A stretch of 64,000 nt of DNA from an uncultured Desulfarculaceae bacterium. GTDB taxonomy: Bacteria > Desulfobacterota > Desulfocorpusculales > Desulfocorpusculum. Within the stretch, counting starts at the first letter, position 1. The number at the start of each line of letters is the position of its first letter. Under the pieces are notes generated by a model. It did no database searches and was not told the origin of the DNA. It was given only the letters and a program-made list of their open reading frames with translations. Both the position numbers and the translations under genes were made by a program. Below, one piece after another: positions 58,164 to 64,000 of the stretch. Location: assembly GCA_964414345.1 (NCBI GenBank), contig CAYPWF010000009.1:5321-69320 (forward strand), read 5' to 3'.

Positions 58164-58278
58164 CCTGGAGGGAACTCCTCTCTCGCCTACTCATGTGCTG
58201 TTTGAAAAACAGTCCAGCAGTGCCCCCCTTGGTCCCCAGGGGGACCTCCATCTCTTCTGAGGGCTTAGCCTCCGCGGC

Positions 58279-59070
58279 TCACTCCAGCTTAAACAGAATC
58301 GGTACTTCCACCTCCATTTCCACTGGCTCTTCGCCCAAAAACGCAGGTATGAATTTCCAAGAGGCCACAGCTTCTGTGGCGGCATCGTCCAGGATCTTGT
58401 ACCCGCTGCCTTTGATTACTCGCACCGACTGAGGGGAGCCGTCCTTCAGAACCAGCACCGATAGGATCACCTTACCCTCGTATCCCCTCTTCCTGGCAGC
58501 CTCCGGATAAGCAGGTTTGGGATTTCTCCCGTAGCGAGGCAAGGCTTTCTTGAGCTGGGCCTTGGGGGATGCGTTTCCATCTTGGGACGATTCCGTGCCT
58601 GTTCTCTTTTCCTCTTTTCCGGAGACGGACTGGACCTCCTGGCTTTGGTTGCTGCCAGTTGCGGGTATGGTGGAATCCGAAGGTACATGGGCCACAGAGG
58701 TATTCTCTTGGGGAGGTGAAGTGCTCTTAGCCTGGGTTTCTTGCTTTTTTTCCTCTGGTTGCGGTTTGGCCTTGGGCTTTGAGAAATGTTGAGAGGAAGC
58801 AGACTTCTCTATCTTTGGGATTGAAGGCTCAAGATTCTGTGGGGAAGTGGAGAGAGGCTCGGGCTTTTCTTGGGATGCAGCCAGTTGGGTTGGGGATGAG
58901 CTCCAGGTGGAGTCATCTTCCTTTTGCACAGGCGCCAAAAAAGATATCTCCAGCTCCGGCTTGGGAACCCAAAGAATCTCAGTCTTGGGCACAAGACTCC
59001 ATGGGGCAAGAAAAAAAGCCAAGTGGAAACCGGCCGAAACCAGGCCTCCAAGGATCAGCTCACGCCTCAT
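58279..59070 (-). CDS. tonB: Energy transducer TonB
   Basis: N-terminal TM (S..H), extended linker, PAYPEAARKRGYEGKV, SGYKILDDAA..WKF. Confidence 0.92.
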   Translation of the reverse strand: MRRELILGGLVSAGFHLAFFLAPWSLVPKTEILWVPKPELEISFLAPVQKEDDSTWSSSPTQLAASQEKPEPLSTSPQNLEPSIPKIEKSASSQHFSKPKAKPQPEEKKQETQAKSTSPPQENTSVAHVPSDSTIPATGSNQSQEVQSVSGKEEKRTGTESSQDGNASPKAQLKKALPRYGRNPKPAYPEAARKRGYEGKVILSVLVLKDGSPQSVRVIKGSGYKILDDAATEAVASWKFIPAFLGEEPVEMEVEVPILFKLE

Positions 59071-59477
59071 CTACCACCCCTGGGCTGGGCCTCCAAAGAG
59101 ACTTTGCTCAAGCCTGAAGAGCGGATTTTGTCCAGCACCTCCATGATTCTCTCATAGTTGACTGCTCTGTCTCCCCTAAGTGTTACCCTGTCTGTATCCC
59201 TGGAGCTTGCCATGGCCTGGAGCTTTTCCCCCAAGAGTTCCAGGCTTATCTGCTCACCCTCCAGGAATACAGCCCCCCGGGCATCCAGACTAACCTCCAA
59301 GGCCTGAGCACGCTCCTGAACAGCCGTATCGGCCTGGGGGAGTTTCAGCGGAATGCCTCTTTGGAGTGCCATGAACAGCGAGACATATATGAAGAAGGAA
59401 AGGAGTTGGAAGGTCACGTCAATCAGAGGTATCATCTCGATCCGCGCCTTTTTTCTATCCGACCTGGGAATCTTCAT
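59067..59477 (-). CDS. exbD: Biopolymer transporter ExbD
   Basis: IEMIPLIDV, LKLPQA, LRGD..Y..VLD. Confidence 0.92.
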   Translation of the reverse strand: MKIPRSDRKKARIEMIPLIDVTFQLLSFFIYVSLFMALQRGIPLKLPQADTAVQERAQALEVSLDARGAVFLEGEQISLELLGEKLQAMASSRDTDRVTLRGDRAVNYERIMEVLDKIRSSGLSKVSLEAQPRGGR

Positions 59478-60136
59478 GGCACCCGCTCCGGCTCAGACCC
59501 CGGGGGAACGTGGAAAAAACCGCCTAGACTCCCCTGGTGACGGTTCTTGCTGTGGACTATTTCCAGGGAGGTGCCGTAGGTCTCCATCTCGTTGGCCGCC
59601 TGCTCGGCGCGTTTCTGGAAGAAGTTGTAAAAGATCACACAGGGCACTGCTATCACCAAGCCAGCAACCGTGGTTATGAGGGCCTCTGCCACCCCTATGG
59701 TGACCACGCGGGGATCCTGGAACCCCGAGCTGCCCAAGAGGTCAAAGGCCTTGATCAAACCTGTCACCGTGCCCAAGATACCCAACATGGGAGCCACGGT
59801 CACCAGTGTGTCCAGCACAGCAAGCCCCCTTCTCATTCTTTCCATCTGTTCCTTGGCTGCCACTTCCATGGCCGCAGAAAGAGAAAACTCTCTGTGCAAG
59901 ATGCCGCTTACCAAAACCTTGACCACATAGTCACGGCTTCCTTGCACCTTTTCTCTTATCTCCTCGTATGCCTCCTTCTCGGCCAAGAAAAGCACATCTT
60001 CAACCAAGGCCCTGTTTCTCCTGGCGCTTTCCCTAAGCCAGAAAATAGCCCTGTCCACGGTTACAGCCAGAGCCACCAAAGAACATCCAAGAAGAGGCCA
60101 CATCACTGGCCCACCTCTCTGAAAAAGATCCATCAT
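59474..60136 (-). CDS. exbB: ExbB/MotA/TolQ proton channel
   Basis: GGPVMWPL, VTVAPMLGILGTVTG, EALITTVAGL. Confidence 0.92.
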   Translation of the reverse strand: MMDLFQRGGPVMWPLLGCSLVALAVTVDRAIFWLRESARRNRALVEDVLFLAEKEAYEEIREKVQGSRDYVVKVLVSGILHREFSLSAAMEVAAKEQMERMRRGLAVLDTLVTVAPMLGILGTVTGLIKAFDLLGSSGFQDPRVVTIGVAEALITTVAGLVIAVPCVIFYNFFQKRAEQAANEMETYGTSLEIVHSKNRHQGSLGGFFHVPPGSEPERVP

Positions 60137-60148
60137 TTCCTTTACCCC

Positions 60149-60952
60149 TTATTCCTTTCCCTTCCCAAGACCCGCCAAGCGAGGGGTGATACGCGGAGCG
60201 CCGCTTACGGGATCCATATCCACAATCACGCGAGCTCCGTATACCTCCCAAATGGTCTTTTCTGTGAGCACTTCTTGTGGGCTGCCCAGAGCTTGCACCT
60301 TACCCTGTTTTAAAAGCAGAAGTCTGTGGCAGACAAGAGAGGCCAGGTTTAGATCATGGGAAACCCACACCACTGTGAGCCTCTCCTCCCTGTGGAGCCG
60401 CCTGAGGAGCTCGACAAGCTCCATTTGATGCCTCAGGTCCAGGTAAGCGGTGGGCTCATCCAGGAGGAAGACTCTGGGCTGCTGTGCCAGGGCCCTGGCC
60501 ACCAAGACCCGCTGCCTCTCCCCTCCGCTGAGCTCGTTGATGTCCCTGTCAACCAGATGGGCGCAGCCCGTCTTCTCCAGGCTGGCAATGGCGATGGCCC
60601 TGTCCTCCACACCCTCGAATCCCATCATGCCTAGGTGGGGGTGTCTGCCCATGAGGGCCACCTCCATTACGGTGAAGGATTGCACCAGAGCCATCTCCTG
60701 GGGCACCACAGCCAGAGATTTGGCCACCCTCCTCCTGCTCATGCCCTGGATGTCCTGCCCTTGGAGCAGCACCCTTCCCCTCTCGGGCCTGAGAATCCCC
60801 TGGAGCACACCCAGGAGGGTGGTCTTGCCAGAGGCATTGGGTCCCAGGATGCCGAGGATCTCCCCTGGCATCAGATCCAGGGACACATCCTTTAGCACCC
60901 ACTCTTGCCGGTAGCGAAACCACACGCCTCGCGCGCTCAGGAGGGGTTCCAC
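60149..60952 (-). CDS. Cobalamin/iron-chelate ABC ATPase (BtuD-like)
   Basis: GPNASGKT, VVPQE, MGRHPH, LSGGERQRV, LLDEPT..LDLRHQ, HDLN. Confidence 0.9.
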   Translation of the reverse strand: MEPLLSARGVWFRYRQEWVLKDVSLDLMPGEILGILGPNASGKTTLLGVLQGILRPERGRVLLQGQDIQGMSRRRVAKSLAVVPQEMALVQSFTVMEVALMGRHPHLGMMGFEGVEDRAIAIASLEKTGCAHLVDRDINELSGGERQRVLVARALAQQPRVFLLDEPTAYLDLRHQMELVELLRRLHREERLTVVWVSHDLNLASLVCHRLLLLKQGKVQALGSPQEVLTEKTIWEVYGARVIVDMDPVSGAPRITPRLAGLGKGKE

Positions 60953-61983
60953 CTGGCCCCCCTTGTGCGAAGCAGCAGGATGAAGAACGGAGCCCCCAGG
61001 GCTGCAGTCACCACCCCAACGGGTATCTCGGCCGGAGAGATCACGGTCCGTGCCATGGCATCCGCCAGGATAAGGAAGGCCGCCCCGGCCAGAGCCCCTA
61101 CCGGAAGAAGAAGCCTGTGGTCTGGTCCCAACAGCATGCGAATCAGGTGGGGTACAATTAGGCCCACAAATCCTATCAGGCCGCTTACACTCACAACAAG
61201 GCCTGTAAGCAAGGCTGTGACAACCAGAAGCAGGAGCCTGCTTTTGTCAACCTCAACCCCGAGCTGCAGGGCGGTGCGCTCCCCGAGCCCCAGAATGTTC
61301 AGGCTGCGGGCCTGGCTCCAAAGAATGGCCAGTGCCACCAGGGCCCCAGGGCCCACAAACCCTGTGTGTGCGTACCTGGCACCGCTCAGATCCCCGTAGA
61401 GCCAAAACATCATGGAGTGGAGCTGCTCGGCCCGGCTCAGGCTCAAGATGAGCATTATGAGGGATGTGAAAAAAGCGTTCACTATGACTCCAGTGAGAAG
61501 TACCCTTGTCATCTCGAGCCTCCCCCTTCCGCCTGCAATTCCCAGTACCAAAGCCATAGTACTCATGGCCCCCAGGAAGGCTGCCAGAGGTGTTGTAAAA
61601 GGCAGGAAACCAGCCCCCAGAGCCATGGAGCTGAGGGCCCCCAGGGCCGCTCCACTTGAGATGCCCAGCACAAAGGGTTCTGCCAGGGGATTCCTGAGCA
61701 GAGACTGGAGCACCACTCCCGATACCGCAAGCCCCATCCCCACTACTGCGGTGAGGAGCACTCTCGGAAGCCGAATCTCCACCAGGATAGCCCGCTCGGT
61801 AGGCTCCAGGGAGCCGCCTGCCAGCTTCTCCCCCAGGACTTCCCCCAGGACCCCTCTCCAGCCAAGAGGAGTCGGCCCTGTGCCCAGGGCCAGGATCCCT
61901 GCCAGGCCCACTGCCAGGACTCCCGCCACGGTCCATGCCAAGACCCCGCGACCGGTCACTGCTTTGGGCCTCACAGACCACAT
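60937..61983 (-). CDS. Cobalamin/iron-chelate ABC permease (BtuC-like)
   Basis: IRLPR, RNPLAEPFVLGISSGA, GLIGFVGLIVPH, EIPVGVVT. Confidence 0.9.
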   Translation of the reverse strand: MWSVRPKAVTGRGVLAWTVAGVLAVGLAGILALGTGPTPLGWRGVLGEVLGEKLAGGSLEPTERAILVEIRLPRVLLTAVVGMGLAVSGVVLQSLLRNPLAEPFVLGISSGAALGALSSMALGAGFLPFTTPLAAFLGAMSTMALVLGIAGGRGRLEMTRVLLTGVIVNAFFTSLIMLILSLSRAEQLHSMMFWLYGDLSGARYAHTGFVGPGALVALAILWSQARSLNILGLGERTALQLGVEVDKSRLLLLVVTALLTGLVVSVSGLIGFVGLIVPHLIRMLLGPDHRLLLPVGALAGAAFLILADAMARTVISPAEIPVGVVTAALGAPFFILLLRTRGARWNPS

Positions 61984-62021
61984 CTTTCCCCTCCCCTCAC
62001 CAAGAGGTGAAACTCATCTTC

Positions 62022-62936
62022 TCATCTGGCGGCCTGGCCTGGAAACTCCGGGTGGATAATCCTGGCCATCTCCTCCAGTCCCTCCACCACCCTGGGGGAG
62101 GGTCTGTCTATGAGATCCCCGTCCAGCACGTAAATCCGCCCGCTCTTCACAGCCGGGATCTCCTTCCACCTCTTCCATCTGTTCCTCTCCTGCTCTGCTC
62201 CCCTGGGATCGGCCATGGAGGAGATGAGGATGATCTCCGGAGCCAGGGTCATGACCCGCTCCAGGCCGAGCATGGGGTAACCCTTGCCCAAGGAGCCGGC
62301 CACATTCTGGCCTCCTGCAAGCCCGATGAGGTGATCCTGAAGGGTTTCTGTGCCTGCCACCACGAGGGGCTGAGCCCCCACCTGCAGGAGCACCCTGGGC
62401 CTGGGTTTATGCTCCAGGCTGCGCCTGATGCCTTCTATCCGATCCCGCATCTGGGATACTACGGCCTCTGCCACTTGCTGGCGCCCCAAGAGCTCTCCGA
62501 GGCAAAGAAGTGTCCGAAAAAGACCCTCAAGGGATCTGGGATCCAAAACGAACACCTTCAGGCCCAACTCCTCCAGCCTCCTTATCTGTTCCCTGGGGTT
62601 CCCGTCCCTGGTGGCCAGAACCAGATCGGGCCTGAGAGCCACTATGGCCTCCAGTTGAAGGTGAACGTAAGAGCCAACCTTGGGCCTGGAGGCTGCCTGG
62701 GGCGGGAAGTTGGTGTGCTCGGTGACCCCCACCACTTCCTGATCCAGGCCCAGGGCGAAAAGACACTCGGCGATACTGGGGGCCAGGGCAACTATCCTGC
62801 TGGGCACCCCGGTGAGCAGGACCCTTCGGCCTGCCTCGTCTGTCATCTCCAGGCCGAAGCCTGCCGCCTGGGCCCCCAGGAGCCAAAACAGCAGGGCCGG
62901 GCCCAAAGCCCTTTTTTTCCAGTGGGCTTTTACCAA
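62022..62936 (-). CDS. Cobalamin-binding periplasmic protein (BtuF-like)
   Basis: RIVALAPSIAE, LRPDLV, APEIIL, DLIDRPSPR; downstream of a B12 riboswitch. Confidence 0.9.
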   Translation of the reverse strand: MVKAHWKKRALGPALLFWLLGAQAAGFGLEMTDEAGRRVLLTGVPSRIVALAPSIAECLFALGLDQEVVGVTEHTNFPPQAASRPKVGSYVHLQLEAIVALRPDLVLATRDGNPREQIRRLEELGLKVFVLDPRSLEGLFRTLLCLGELLGRQQVAEAVVSQMRDRIEGIRRSLEHKPRPRVLLQVGAQPLVVAGTETLQDHLIGLAGGQNVAGSLGKGYPMLGLERVMTLAPEIILISSMADPRGAEQERNRWKRWKEIPAVKSGRIYVLDGDLIDRPSPRVVEGLEEMARIIHPEFPGQAAR

Positions 62937-63043
62937 ACCTTCCTCCCAAAATCCAAAGGCCCCGACCTCAAGGAAGTCGGGGCCAGAGTATACTCAGGGA
63001 TCTGCCGCCTTCCCCTCGAAAGGTCGTTCAGATGGGGGGCCCG

Positions 63044-63235
63044 GCCGGGTCTACTGGCTTACGGCGACCTACTCTCCACGCCTTCCCATTCCGCCCTTAG
63101 GAACAGTGGCTTTCCGTCCGCAGATTCAGCCTTGCGTCCGGGTGGATTTCGTTCCGATCACAGTTGCGGGGCAGCGATGGCCTCTCACCATCTTCCCCTA
63201 TGGGCCCGCCTGGGCGGACCCACCGAACCCGCATT
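63044..63235 (-). ncRNA. Cobalamin riboswitch
   Basis: Minus strand: AGGGGAAGATGGTGAGAGGCCATCGCTGCCCCGCAACTGT ... GCCACTG ... TGGGAAGGC ... AAGCCAGTAGACC, the characteristic B12-element motifs. Confidence 0.92.
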
Positions 63236-63253
63236 CTCCCATTTGACAGGATC

Positions 63254-63282
63254 ATCATATGAAGAGCCCCAGTCGGTGTCAA
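63254..63282 (-). promoter_or_regulatory. sigma70 promoter of the riboswitch/btu operon
   Basis: TTGACA-N17-TATGAT, ending about 20 nt upstream of the riboswitch. Confidence 0.75.
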
Positions 63283-63458
63283 CGTGACTTTTCACGGGCT
63301 CAAATTTTGAATTAAGTAGTCCCCAATCCCAGGACGTGGTATGATCCCCAGTAGATCACGCCCGCTAGCTTTGCGGGAAACTGCTTCAGAAGAACTCACG
63401 TTTTCTCGCAAAACCGGAGCCGACCGGCCGGCTGTACAGGTGCTCGAGGGGGAGTGCC

Positions 63459-64000
63459 ATGGAGCCTACTTACGACCTTATCATCTTGGGAGCGGGTCCT
63501 GCCGGATTAACCGCAGGTATCTATGCTGCCAGGGCAAGGCTTAGAACCCTGGTGCTGGGGAGCAGACCCGGGGGCAAGCCCCTCATGTACGAGCAAATCG
63601 GCAACTACCCTGGGTTTCCAGGGGGCGTAACCGGTGCCCAGTTGATGACCGGTATGCTGCAGCAGGTGAGCGATCTGGAGGTTGACCGCGTCTGGGAGAA
63701 CGCCACAGCCTTAAGCCTTGGTCAGGAGTACAAACAGGTTTTGGTCGGCTCCCAAAAATACCTGGCCAGGGCATTGCTTCTAGCAACAGGCTCGGATCCA
63801 ATTCCCTTGGAGGTCCCTGGTGCAGCAGAGTATGAAGGCCGCGGTATCTACTATTGCGCCCATTGCGATGCTCCTGTTTTCAGAGTCATGGAGAAATCCA
63901 AGGCTGCTGTGGTGGGTGGAGGCGACTCGGCACTTTACACAGCCCTGTATCTGACCAAGTATGCTGAGGAAGTCACCGTGGTACACCGGGGGCCGCAGCT
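63459..64000 (+). CDS. trxB: Thioredoxin reductase (runs off the window end; absent from the ORF track)
   Basis: Translated by hand: YDLIILGAGPAGLTAGIYAAR, NYPGF, LATGS, EGRGIYYCAHCD, VVGGGDSA. Confidence 0.93.
   Translation, partial: MEPTYDLIILGAGPAGLTAGIYAARARLRTLVLGSRPGGKPLMYEQIGNYPGFPGGVTGAQLMTGMLQQVSDLEVDRVWENATALSLGQEYKQVLVGSQKYLARALLLATGSDPIPLEVPGAAEYEGRGIYYCAHCDAPVFRVMEKSKAAVVGGGDSALYTALYLTKYAEEVTVVHRGPQ

Noticed and set aside
61935-63287. 450-aa plus-strand ORF and other long antisense ORFs (e.g. 27390-28322, 8716-9507, 59537-60313)
   Set aside because: Shadows of well-supported genes or the riboswitch on the opposite strand in GC-rich DNA; no recognisable motifs.

Overview
A 64-kb chromosomal window from what looks like a deltaproteobacterial (Desulfobacterota-like) anaerobe; this is inferred from gene content, not from a database match. 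It is mostly housekeeping genes: queA-tgt-yajC-secD-secF, valS, coaX, putA, rho-rpmE-prfA-prmC-murA, hisD, comEC, recO-glyQ, ispH, and a partial trxB. Accessory blocks are: a tungsten-type aldehyde:ferredoxin oxidoreductase followed by an atypical SDR and two ubiquitin-like proteins (one lacks the C-terminal GG), converging on a B12-binding radical SAM gene; a HAMP kinase/lipoprotein/NtrC-type module coupled to hisD; a branched-chain-type ABC importer with an acyl-CoA ligase; a PP2C/FHA/RodZ-like cluster; and a cobalamin-riboswitch-led btuFCD-exbBD-tonB operon with no outer-membrane receptor. No tRNA, rRNA, CRISPR array, transposase or prophage was found. The main structure not explained by the genes is two families of non-coding dispersed repeats. 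Family 1 is a ~190-200 bp MITE-like element with imperfect terminal inverted repeats, present in 6 copies, each just downstream of a stop codon. Family 2 is a 210-bp long-hairpin element with 2 full copies (190/210 identical by hand count) and 1 truncated copy, all co-oriented with local transcription; one lies in the rho leader. Several copies sit where normally conserved gene neighbours are missing (glyS after glyQ, his genes after hisD). Start codons and repeat boundaries were placed by eye and may be a few bases off.
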